64,000 nt of DNA from Perna viridis (GCA_037379345.1 CM074514.1:25544001-25608000); one strand, 5' to 3'; shown: positions 29,059 to 39,410, counted from the first letter of the stretch. Program-made: numbers and translations. The notes: a model not told the origin generated them from the sequence alone.

Positions 29059-30061
29059 AATTGGTGAATAGATGGTTCAAAATTAGTTTAATTTTTTTTT
29101 TTTCGTATGACAACCCTAAACAAAGTCTTAATTATGACAAGTATATAAATTGCGTGAACACACTTCAGCATTAAGTATGCGTGGAATGATGGCTTGCTGA
29201 AGAGAGATAAACTAACACATTCCGCTTCGTATTAAGAGAAGAAAAAAAAATAACCAATGACAATCAAAAAGGGACAAGGCTGGATTATGAAGGATTTTTG
29301 GCTTTTTTTAGTTTGTTTATGCTATTTTAAGATGACTGTATGTCCTCATGTTGTTTTGTTACATTGTAAATTTTGAATCATTGATATGAAATCCTTCTAA
29401 CTTTTTAATGATTGTCTCAATGTCTGTATACTTTTTGATGAAAATTTGATTTTTGTATCTAAGTTCTTGAAACTTCGGTGGATTTTTTATTGTGCACAAC
29501 GTATATTGAGAAGACGCCTTATTGTATGTTTTGGAAGTCGTTTAAACTTTACAGTTGATAGTTATGATGATCTCAGTGTCTGCATACTTTTTGTTCAAGA
29601 TATACGGCTGCTGTTTAGTTTACTCCAATGCGACGGCAGGTGTATCAAGTGCTAATGACACACATGATTAGTTACTACTATTAAAATGAGACATAATGCA
29701 CCTTTAATGTGATAAAGTAAGGTCTGAAATTATTGAAGAGAACCACTTATTTATTTTCGGTTGGTCTTAAATGCATCAGTTTTTTTTCTCTCAGACATTT
29801 CAAGTACATAAATGAGCTTAACGGGTTTAATCAAATTTCTTTATTTTTTCAATCAAACAATGTATGTTATTTGCAGTTATGTATTGTTTTTATTTGTGGA
29901 TATGTATTTCAAAAATGCACGATCATTTACTTGTATATACAAATGTGATTTATACTTATCACTATTATCAACCCTAATTTTATAAAAATATACAATTCTG
30001 TTTTCTTGCACATTTTTTGTGTCCTGTATAACTCTGGCATTTCATTTAACGATGAAGACTC

Positions 30062-30205
30062 AGTAGTATCAAAAGGCCGATTCTGCCGCACTTGCCATTT
30101 TCAAGGGGAAATCCTGCATAGGGCCCCCAACCCCGACGGCCAAATGCAAACGGACGGCATTCCTATTGAGCATAGGGTAAATACGAGAATTATGTCTTTC
30201 GTACA
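30062..30205 (+). repeat. Polinton left terminal inverted repeat
   Basis: Reverse complement of 43083-43226 apart from 5 substitutions. Confidence 0.95.
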
Positions 30206-33200
30206 AAGCATAAGTCAGATCGCCCCAGAGGATAGTGGGGATGTGGATAAGGACACCTTAAAGGGAAGGATGTCACAGATTGATACAAATAAAAATATGA
30301 CATCCGAAAGAAATATGATGGATTTCTTTCGGGAGAATGAAAAAGATTTGGAGGATAGCACCCCAACTCCGCAAAGGCAGCAGCAGTGCTGCAATGCCCC
30401 CAACCTGACGCAGGTGGATGAACACACCACGCAGTGTCAAAATTGTGGTGCAGAGGTGATGAAGCTGCGATTTGAGCATCAACCAGGGGAGCAGAAGACC
30501 ACCTGCGGCGTCGAACTCAAGAGGAAGAAGGGGTAGTTCTGCAAGAGCAAGCCCGGGAAGGATGGTCTCTGCTGGAGACATAGCAGGCAACCACGTCAGC
30601 AGGAGGAGGAGGTTATCCCAGTCGAGGGTAAGATGGTGGTGAAAGAGACCATGAAGACACTCCGTCAAATAGCTAAGGACGAGGGTCTGAGGGGGGCCAG
30701 TAGGAAGAACAAGGAGGCCTTGGTGAAGCTCATCGAGGAAAAAACCACCCGTAGATTTGAACGCCAGAAAGTCTTCAGCAAGAAGCAGCTCAAAGCGCTA
30801 GCAAAGAATCGTGGTCTCACCAAGTACTCCCAGCTCAAGAGAGACGATCTGCTCCAGCTGGTTGAAGAGAACATCAAAAACGCCCCAGCTGAGGATGAGA
30901 TGAAGATCTCGTCGATAGACGGCAAGCTCTGAACTGTGTATTTGGGTCTCACTAACCACTTCTAACGTTTCCATTACTTTACATGTTAAAAAAGTAATTT
31001 TCAAAGTCTGTGAATTCCCAGGACAAATGACATCTTAAAGTTCATACCATTGTGAAGCTTGGAAAGTAAGGCTTCCAAAATCATTATGCTAATGGTACGA
31101 TGATAGTAGAAATTCTTCACAAAATTTACTTGAATAAATAATACTGAAAATCCACATTTTTACCTGTTCTGCTAACTGACAGCATGGAGGCAAATTACTC
31201 ACACATGTAAACAATATTCATACACTTTTGTAGTTAATTACATATATGATTTTAAAGTACACATTCTTAGCTTTATTTTGACTACTTTTAATCATAATAC
31301 ACACAAATAATGCACTTACAATGCATAAGTCTAGGTTCAGTGTGTTTTTGGTACTACATTGGGGGATGGCCATTTGACCTGGAAGTGGTTAGTGAGACCT
31401 TGGCACGGTCGTCATCGAACCCGCGAAGCAGCACGACGTGGCCACTTTTCTGAAGGTAAGTCGGAGCACCGTCACCACAACCATCGCAGATGGGCTTGTC
31501 CAAAAGCAGGGATTGAAGGTGATCTTGGTGCTTCTAGTGGAGATGGTGAAGACCAACCCCGCGACTGGGGAAAATACCTACGTCACCCCCTACTTTCGAT
31601 CAACCCTCAATACCCTCACACAGTCATCCGACCTCGAATTGGAAATCGACTTCATGATGGGGAAGATCAGGGTAAGTATGGCAAAGTACATGCGCGATGG
31701 GAGTGGATGGACGTTCGGACGCATCGAGAGGCTAGAAATCTACCTCAACCAATTCAAGCCGCTCAAGTGGGGTTCCTTCATTCCGACTCCATCAGCACTC
31801 GCGAAAAAGAAGGCGATCGTCAACGTGAAAAATGAAGATGATCGCTGCTTCCAGTGGGCGGTGCTGGCAGCCCTACATCATGAAGAAGTCAATCAGAAAT
31901 CAGCCAACCTCAGTTTGTATCTCAGTACAAACCATGGACAGGGGAGCTCAACTTCGACGGCATCGATTTCCCAGTCTCTCACCGGGCGATCGACAAATTT
32001 GAGAGGCAGAATCCCACCATCAACGTCAACGTCTATGGGTTTAATGGGGTGAAGAAGGGTGAGGATGGTGAATAGGATCTCCAGGTTTACCCACTCAAGA
32101 TATCCAAGAATACGGGTCCCACCCACGTAGATCTTCTCTCCCTGACTAGCGAAGATAAGCAGCATTACTGCTGGATCAAGAGCCTCTCACGACTCTTGAG
32201 CTCCAAAATCTCAGAGCATGGTCACAAGCTCTTCTGCCGCAGATGCCTTTCCCACTTTTCCAGGCAGGACATCTTGGACGAGCACATGGAGTATTGCACC
32301 CAGAAAGAGGCGGTCAGGATCGAGATGCCGGAAGAAGGAGCCACCATAACCTTCCATAACCTCAAGAAGATGATGAGAGTCCCCTTCGCGATATACGCGG
32401 ATTTCGAGTGCTTCACAGAGAAGCTCAACACCTGTCAGCCGGATCCATCACACTCCTACACGAAGGCCTATCAACTGCAGCGACCCTCGGGTTTCTGCTA
32501 TTACGTGAAATACGCTCACGGCGACTACAAAGATCCAGTCGTCTACTGCGGGGAGGATGCGGCCAAGAAATTTGTGCAATGCGTAGAGGAAGAAGTGTGC
32601 CCCATCTCCAAACTATACAAGGAGAATAAGCCCGTGGAGATGACCGACGACGATAAGGCGAGCTTCGAAGCAAGCACGCACTGCCACATCTGTGGCAATG
32701 CATTGAGAGGGGATAAGGTCCGGGATCACGACCATCTCACCGGGAAATATCGCGGCGCAGCGCACAACCAGTGCAATCTGGATTTCCAGCTTCCGAAGCA
32801 CGTCCCCATCTTCTTCCACAATTTGAGCGTATACGATGCTCATATCTTCGTCAAGGAGCTTGGCCACACCGAGGGTAAGATCAACTGCATCCCTAATACC
32901 GACGAGAAGTATATCAGCTTCTCCAAGCAGGTGGACGATCTGGAGATGAGCTTCGTCGATTCGTGCAGGTTTATGCTCAACAGCCTGGATACCTTAGCTA
33001 AGAATCTCACCCCGACCAATTCGCGACCGTGAAGGCGAGATTCGGCGATCGCCACGAGCTAATGATTCGGAAGGGGGTATTTCCCTACGATTATATGGAT
33101 GGACCGACCAAGCTGGAAGAGACTCAGCTCCCAACCAAAGAAGCCTTCTTCAGTACGCTCTCCGGAGAGCATATCAGTGATGAGGATTACGCACACGCTC

Positions 33201-34747
33201 AGAGGGTCTGGGAGAACTTCGGGTGCAAAAACATACGCGATTATCACGGCCTCTATCTCGAGACTGACGTGCTGCTGCTGACTGGCATCTTTGAGGATTT
33301 CTGGGATATCTGCTTGACCCACTACGGACTCGATCCCGCCCACTACTTCACATCCCCCGGGCTATCCTACGACGCCGCCCTCAAAACCACGGAGGTGAGA
33401 TTGGAGCTGCTCTCCGATCCGGACATGTTGATGATGTTCGAGAGGGCAACCAGAGGGGGTGTCGCCATGATCTCCCACCGCTACGGCAAGGCCAACAACC
33501 CCTACATGACCACGTACGACGCCTCCCAGCCCACCAAGTATCTGACCTACCTCGACGCAAACAATTTCTACGGGTGGGCGATGGCGCAGTCCCTTCCAAT
33601 GGGGGACTTTGAGTGGATGGAGCCGGAGGAGATCGAGAAGATCCTGGAATATCCCGACGACCACGAGTACGGCGCCATTGTGGAATGCGATCTGGAATAT
33701 CCTCAAGATCTTCACGACGCCCACAAAGACTACCCTCTCGCGCCCGAGAACGTGGAGGTCGGCAAAGTGCACAAGCTCGTGCCTCACCTGGACAAGCGTG
33801 AGAAATATACCCTTCACTATCGAAATCTCAAGATGTATCTGGAGAGGGGGATGAAGCTCACCAAAGTCCATCGCATCATCGGATTCAGCCAATCTCCATG
33901 GCTCAAGAAATACATCGATCTGAATACCACTCTTCGCGCCCGGGCCAAGACCGACTTCAAGCTCATGAATAATTCGGTCATCGGCAAGACCATAGAGAAT
34001 ATCCGGAAGCGCGTCGACGTCAGGCTGGTCACCACCGAGAAGCAGGCCCTGAAGCTAGTGGTCAAGCCCAACTTCGATCGTCGCGTCGTCTTCACCGAGA
34101 ATCTAGCAGCCGTTCATATGAAGAAGACCAAGCTGAAGTTTGATAAGCCCGTCTACCTGGGAGCGTGCATATTGGACATCTCGAAGCTCCTTATGTACGA
34201 CTTCCACTACGGATTCGTGAAGGAGATGTACGGTGATCGTGCCCGACTACTTTTCACCGACACCGATAGCGTGGCCTATGAGATCCAGACCGCCGACTTC
34301 TACAAGGATATCGCACCGCACATGCAGGAAAAATTCGATACGTCCCACTACCCGGCCGAGTATCCCTCCAACATCCCCACCGGCGTGAATAAGAAGGTCA
34401 TCGGGATGTTCAAGGACGAATGTGGTGGTAAGATCATGACCGAATTCGTGGGGCTCTGGGCGAAGCTATACGCCTTCAAGATGGATGACGGTCAGACCAC
34501 CAAGAAGGCGAAGGGAGTCACAAAGAGCGTCATCAAGCGTAGCATCGCCTTCGAGGATTACAAGCGATGCCTTGAGACTCAGCAGGAGATCCACCGACCG
34601 ATAAGCATCCTTCGCAGCCATCTCCATCAGATCTACGGCGAGGAGATCAACAAGATCGCTCTCTCAGCCAAGGACAATAAGCGCCACATCCTTCCCGACG
34701 GCATCAGCTTCCTCGCCCACGGACACTATCGAATCACTCACGGGTGA
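30192..34747 (+). pseudogene. Protein-primed family B DNA polymerase with long N-terminal extension, disrupted
   Basis: Exonuclease motifs IYADFE and FHNL; EndoVII-like HCHICG...RDHDHLTGKYRGAAHNQCNL; RKGVFPYDY; polymerase motifs YLDANNFYGWAM, KLMNNSVIG, FTDTDS. The N-terminal part carries Zn fingers and two Rho-N/HEH-like repeats; that it belongs to the same gene is inferred. Lesions: TAG at 30534, TGA at 30930, MITE at 30945-31399, frameshifts near 31900 and 33020. Confidence 0.93.
30945..31399. mobile_element. AT-rich MITE inserted in the Polinton polymerase gene
   Basis: Perfect 18-bp TIR GGTCTCACTAACCACTTC / GAAGTGGTTAGTGAGACC; TTG on both sides (30942-30944, 31400-31402) as a likely 3-bp TSD. 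Confidence 0.88.
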
Positions 34748-34749
34748 GG

Positions 34750-34917
34750 ATGCCCATCCCATACGAGATGGTCGACTATCTGCGGCCGGAAATTCGATAT
34801 AATACCGATGAGCTCCAGCGGAGCGGCGACGTGGTCTGCGGACACTTTAGCCTGCACGTCCTGAAGATCTTATCGGAAGGTCGGACGCTTGAGGAGATCG
34901 TCTCGGACTATAGATAA
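34750..34917 (+). pseudogene. C-terminal half of an adenain-like maturation cysteine protease
   Basis: Below the ORF-track cutoff. Translates MPIPYEMVDYLRPEIRYNTDELQRSGDVVCGHFSLHVLKILSEG...DYR*, with the Q-x6-CG catalytic-Cys motif. The upstream His (HW) and YFDS motifs are absent. Confidence 0.75.
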
Positions 34918-35346
34918 ATGGATAAGTTTGGATCTCAATCGAGAAAGCGCATGCCCGTCTGGCGGATGCTTCAGGGTCTCAATATGAACGATAATCGGAT
35001 CACTAGCCTCGGTTTGCCCCGATACAGCTCAGACGCCGTGACGAAGCGATGGGTCAGCCAACAATTGGAAGACAGCATGAAAGACATCGATGAGCTAGAT
35101 TCGGAGATTAAGCAGATGCAAAAGGAGTATGACGCATCGATCAAAGACCTGACCAAAAAGCTGATGGCCAAAGTCGATAAGTCAGACAGCGGCAAGGTGA
35201 ATTCGGATCTAGACATGCAAAAATATCACCTGCTAAATCTCCCACTCCCCCGGACTGATAACGAGCCCATCACAAAAGCACTTTACGACGGCTTGAAAGA
35301 GGATCTAGACGCATTAAGGCTCTTCGTCGAACTGAAGCATGCGTAA
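34918..35346 (+). CDS. Polinton protein with two trimeric-fibre neck-like motifs and a coiled coil
   Basis: LNMNDNRITSLGLPRYSSDAVTKRWV and LDMQKYHLLNLPLPRTDNEPITKALYD flank a heptad-rich segment; preceded by TATAGATAAATG. Confidence 0.7.
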   Translation: MDKFGSQSRKRMPVWRMLQGLNMNDNRITSLGLPRYSSDAVTKRWVSQQLEDSMKDIDELDSEIKQMQKEYDASIKDLTKKLMAKVDKSDSGKVNSDLDMQKYHLLNLPLPRTDNEPITKALYDGLKEDLDALRLFVELKHA

Positions 35347-35353
35347 ATCAAGA

Positions 35354-35385
35354 CTTTCTGGTCTCCTTTGATCGAGACCGGAAAG
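35354..35385. terminator. Hairpin between the convergent fibre-like and integrase genes
   Basis: CTTTCTGGTCTC-(8 nt)-GAGACCGGAAAG, 12-bp stem with one G.T pair, in the 50-bp gap between the two stop codons. Terminator role is inferred. Confidence 0.5.
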
Positions 35386-35396
35386 CCTGCTGGGGA

Positions 35397-36323
35397 TCAT
35401 TGCAAGTCGGACTCCTTGATCCAGGAATTGAATTCTTTGGGGTAGCCTCTCCACTTGACGCAGATTTCCTTCGTCCCTCCTCGGGTACGCCGGCGCAAGA
35501 CTTTCTCGATGCGATATATATCCTGGTCGGTGTGCTGGAGCTAGGGCTCATAAAAGGATCCCTTGATTTCCTCACCCTCATAGTCTTTGAGGCGATAGGT
35601 GGGCGGCTGCATCGCTAGGGTCTGGGCGATGGTGAGACTTCCTCCGTCCAGCGCGGAGTATATCCCTTCTCGAAGATGCCCTTCTTCCTGGTGATCTGGA
35701 CCTTATCGCCGACGTTGAATCGCTGAGGCTGCATGGGTGGGAGGTCTCCGTAGAGATTCCAGAAGAACTTTGACTCGTGCTCTTTCTGGCTGGCGGCGGT
35801 AGGTGTCATCTTGATGGATTGATGCTTTGTGGGATTATACTGGCGGGCGAGATCGTCCAGGACGGGAAGGTAGGCCCGCGTGTAATTGGCCGAGAAGTAT
35901 TTGAACATCTTTTCCTTCATGGTACGATTGCAGCGCTTCAACACGCTCGATTTTTCCTCGTTCTCGGTGGAGTAGAGATCGACGTCGTGCTTCCAGAGCA
36001 GATCCTTCCTCATGATTGTAAAATTCTGTGCCCTTATCGGTCCATAGCTTCTCGGGCGTGCTATCCTTGAAGACGGTCCGGAAGGCATCTCGTATCGTGG
36101 CGCCTTTCTTATCCTTGAGCGGTACCAACCAGCCGTACTTAGAAAAGACGTCGATGATGCTCAGGAGATACTAGAAACCTCGGTTATCGCGGGTGAAGGC
36201 GCTCATATCCACGAGATCGGCAGCCCAGGTCTCATCCACCCCACCTACCACCACACGACGCTTCTGAAATTTGCGTCGGACTGGCTTATGCAGCTCTTCG
36301 GCTAGTTCGTCCGACCATTGTAC
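35397..36323 (-). pseudogene. Retroviral-type (rve) integrase with C-terminal chromodomain, disrupted
   Basis: WSDELAEELHKPVRRKFQKRR, ETWAADLVDM, IDVFSKYGW, LWTDKGTEFYN, EEKSSVLKRCNRT (expected catalytic E is K), FEKGYTPRWTEE, chromodomain VKWRGYPKEFNSWI. In-frame TAG at 36171-36173 and frameshifts. Confidence 0.93.
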
Positions 36324-36815
36324 TTTTTTTCTGCACTCCCAGCCCAAATCGTGCTTTGGTGCCGATGATGGACTTGACGATGCTGCGGTCCATGCGCTCC
36401 CGGACGGTGGGATTGGGAATGGCGTCCAGTGAGGCTAGCATAGCCTTATCGCAGATGGAATTGCGAGCGGCAGTATCCTTATGCTTGGCGTAGCAGAGAT
36501 CGTGCCGATAGGGGGCCTGATCCACCCGATTAATGGGCTTCGACCAAACCTTGGGGGTGCCATCTGCATTTAAACGCTTATGGAGCTGGGTGCCCGGCCC
36601 TGTAAAATTATGCCCCGGCAGATGCACCTCCACGGGCAGATGGTTGACCATCTTATTTACGAGCCCCGCACCCTCGCTCCCTCGGAGGAACTGAGACTTC
36701 CTAGCCCCGCATACGGCGCATAGCCCACCCTTCGCCGCCTCCCATTGCTGGTGGTGGTCTCATAGCGACTTTCTGTCTCGGTCGGCCGCTTGCACTTCAA
36801 GCAATACATTCCCAT
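36286..36815 (-). pseudogene. Zn-ribbon plus parvovirus-VP1u-like phospholipase A2 domain (PLA2X-type) protein
   Basis: ATG at 36815: MGMYCLKCKRPTET...; after one frameshift near 36720, CAVCGARKSQFL...HLPGHNFTGPGT (Ca-loop-like)...PINRVDQAPYRHDLCY (catalytic HD). Confidence 0.85.
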
Positions 36816-36828
36816 TTTATATAGATAA

Positions 36829-37589
36829 ATGGACGTTGAAGACCTTACCTACGATGAACCCACCGCGAGTCGTCAGCATAACCACTTTCTCCTCCCGCAG
36901 CGATCCATCCGAAGTCTGATCATCGGGAAGTCGGACTGTGGCAAGACGACGCTGCTGAATAACCTCCTCCTTGGCAATGGATGGCTCGACAACGATCGCC
37001 TCAACGTCGTCGGAAAATCCACCAGCCCATCTATCATCTGCTGTGGCAGGCGCTGGGAAAGGGGTTTTCGAAAGACGATATCCGCGACTTTCTCTCCATT
37101 AAGGATCGCTACCCCCACTCTTTGATTGACGTGGTGCAGATAATGAAGCCGTCGACTAAGCGTAGCGGTATAGAACTTTTCTTCTTTGAGCAGGCGAGCG
37201 ATGTGCCGGATCCTCGAGAGCTCGATCCCACCCGCAAGAACCTCATGGTCTTCGACGACTTGATGCTGAGCAAGCAGAGCAAGTGCGAAGACTACTACGT
37301 TCGCGGTCGTCATAATAACGTGGACTGCTTCTACCTCTGCCAAAATTACTTGAAGCTCCCGCGGCAATCGATCCGGGAGAATGCCAACTTCATCTGCCTC
37401 TTCGAGCAGGATGCTAAGAATCGCGATCATATCTGCCGGGACCATTGCGGTGATCTCACACTGGCTCAATTCGATGCCCTATGCGATCACTGCTGGTCCA
37501 AGCCTCACGGATTCCTGACCATCGATCTCACGAGCCCCAAGACGGCGGGAAAATATCGATGCAATTTAGATGAATTCTATCGAGTCTAA
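36829..37589 (+). pseudogene. A32/FtsK-like DNA packaging ATPase, one frameshift near 37020
   Basis: Walker A IIGKSDCGKTT, Walker B LMVFDD, RGRHNNV, RENANF. Confidence 0.92.
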
Positions 37590-37597
37590 GATAAAGA

Positions 37598-38212
37598 ATG
37601 GATCACTTGAAGGAATTTTTCCTGGAGAATCAACGGGACTTGGATTGGGAAAATGTCCCAGAGCCCCCACGACCATCCCCTGAATGCAAGCACCAGTGGG
37701 AGCGTGTGCTTATTTACGGCGATATCCCAGGGTATGGCTGCAGTGAATGCGGAGCTGAAAGGTACGGTCGCCGCTTCGATAATCAGGATTTCGAAGGAAG
37801 GACCTATAATTTCCAGCCCTCCCGCAAACTTGAGCAACCGCCCGAACCCCAGTGCTGCATCAAGACCGTCCGTGGCCATCAGTGCACGTATCCCTCTATA
37901 AGAGGTAATGATAAGTGCAAGAGGCATTTGAATATATGCTATAGGTGCTGTGTTAAGATTTCCCGCCGCAAAGCCTGGTATCGTAACCACGAGGGGACTA
38001 TACACGGACCCAAATTCATCCCCCTCTGGCCGTCGGCCGTTAAAGTCCGAATATCGGGGGAGTACGTAAAAAGATTCCGCAAACTATTCTGTTCACCCGA
38101 GTGCTGCATGGGTAGCTTCCTCAACGCTGGCAGGCAATATTTAGACGATAAGTGGCGATGGGTTGAACGCTATGGGGCGATGGGAGGCGATGGGACGATG
38201 GTGAAGCTATAA
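37598..38212 (+). CDS. Intact Cys-rich multi-zinc-finger protein (Zn ribbon, CCCH finger, CxxC...FCSxxC domain)
   Basis: CKH...CSECG; C-IKTVRGHQC...CKRH; CYRC...FCSPEC. 204-aa ORF packed between the ATPase and the next gene. Confidence 0.75.
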   Translation: MDHLKEFFLENQRDLDWENVPEPPRPSPECKHQWERVLIYGDIPGYGCSECGAERYGRRFDNQDFEGRTYNFQPSRKLEQPPEPQCCIKTVRGHQCTYPSIRGNDKCKRHLNICYRCCVKISRRKAWYRNHEGTIHGPKFIPLWPSAVKVRISGEYVKRFRKLFCSPECCMGSFLNAGRQYLDDKWRWVERYGAMGGDGTMVKL

Positions 38213-38216
38213 ATAA

Positions 38217-39074
38217 ATGACGTTTATCAAGATCACCGATCCCAAGCAGCGTGAGGCGCTTGCTAGGGACTTGCAGGAGACCAAGCGTAGCATCCAGGCT
38301 AGCGATATGCAGCGTCGCCTAGATAAGATCTGATTCAGCCGCGATCTCTCCAAGATATTCAAGCCCGTGGTCGAGACGCAAAAGGAGACCGCCTCCCAGA
38401 TCACCAAAAAGATTGATGATATCCCACTCGCTCTACCCGCCCCGGTACCTGCCCTTTCCCCTCCTACCTCTACCGCTGAGGACGACTACGACCCACTAGC
38501 TATCGAGCAAGAATTGAAAACCAACCTAGGTCCGCGAGCGACGCACTATCTTCAGCTCAGTATGACTCCACAGGCCGACCATACTTTCGGATTGCGAGTA
38601 GAAGACGGCTCCATCATGATCGGGAGTCTGCCTGTCACCTTCGATGGAGACGATATCTACATCGATGCCGAGCGCTATAAGGGTACCCCCGGCCTGTGGG
38701 AGCTTACGGTCCTGAAGCATCCCAAAGATATCGACGAGGACTTGCATAACTATGGTGATATTCTACAAGCATCGGGTGCCATGTATCAAGGAAACTCCGT
38801 CCTATCGCGGACCTCCAAGGCCAGCAAAAGCCGGAAATGGAAGGAGATCGTCTCGTACCTCTATAAGCAAGATAAGCATGGGAGTGGGGTATCGACCGTC
38901 TTCCTTCCCACATGCTTCGACCAATTGCTGGATCGTCTCGATCTTTGCGCTGTCGCCTACCAGGCTGGAAATAATGGGTTGCGCAACAAAATCGTGGCGA
39001 TCCTCGACGTCATGAGGAAGTCCGGTCATATCAGCAGGGATGAGTACGAGAAGCTGCATCGGAAGCTCCTCTAA
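38217..39074 (+). pseudogene. Conserved Polinton protein of unknown function; premature TGA at 38331
   Basis: Starts at TATAAATAAATG (MTFIKITDPKQR). Motifs KIFKPV, DHTFGL, YKGTPGLWEL, GSG..FLP...LLDRL...AGNNG resemble a widespread Polinton family from recall. Confidence 0.75.
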
Positions 39075-39085
39075 ATAAATTTACA

Positions 39086-39406
39086 ATGCCTTTAGTAGTG
39101 AATCACGGTTATCGCCGGAGATATGCCGTCAGCGGACGAGGCCTTTTCGATACCATCGCCAATCTTGCCAAGACGTTGGGTAGCAAGGCATTGAGTGCCG
39201 CTTCCAATGCAGCTCTGAAAGGTGTGGAGAAAGGTGCGATCAAGGCCGTTGACCACGTCGTCCGTCGAGTTACTCGCAAGAAAAATGCTCCCCAAGCACC
39301 ATCCTCCAAGGTCAAGAGGACCTCACAGCAGCAGGTCCGTCTCAATAATCTCATCTCGAGTGGGGGCATCGCCACCATCCATGACTTCGTCCAGCGCTAT
39401 AGATGA
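39086..39406 (+). CDS. Small basic core/virion protein
   Basis: Arg/Lys-rich 106 aa with SGRGLF and SGG motifs, immediately upstream of the MCP. Confidence 0.7.
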   Translation: MPLVVNHGYRRRYAVSGRGLFDTIANLAKTLGSKALSAASNAALKGVEKGAIKAVDHVVRRVTRKKNAPQAPSSKVKRTSQQQVRLNNLISSGGIATIHDFVQRYR

Positions 39407-39410
39407 ATAT

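Noticed and set aside
30006-30191. ORF-track start at 30006 and the shared MQTDGIPIEHRVNTRI peptide in both terminal ORFs
   Set aside because: The 30006 ORF begins at a TTG in host DNA and crosses the TSD. The shared peptide is simply translated TIR; ATGs at 30192 and 43096 are more plausible starts.
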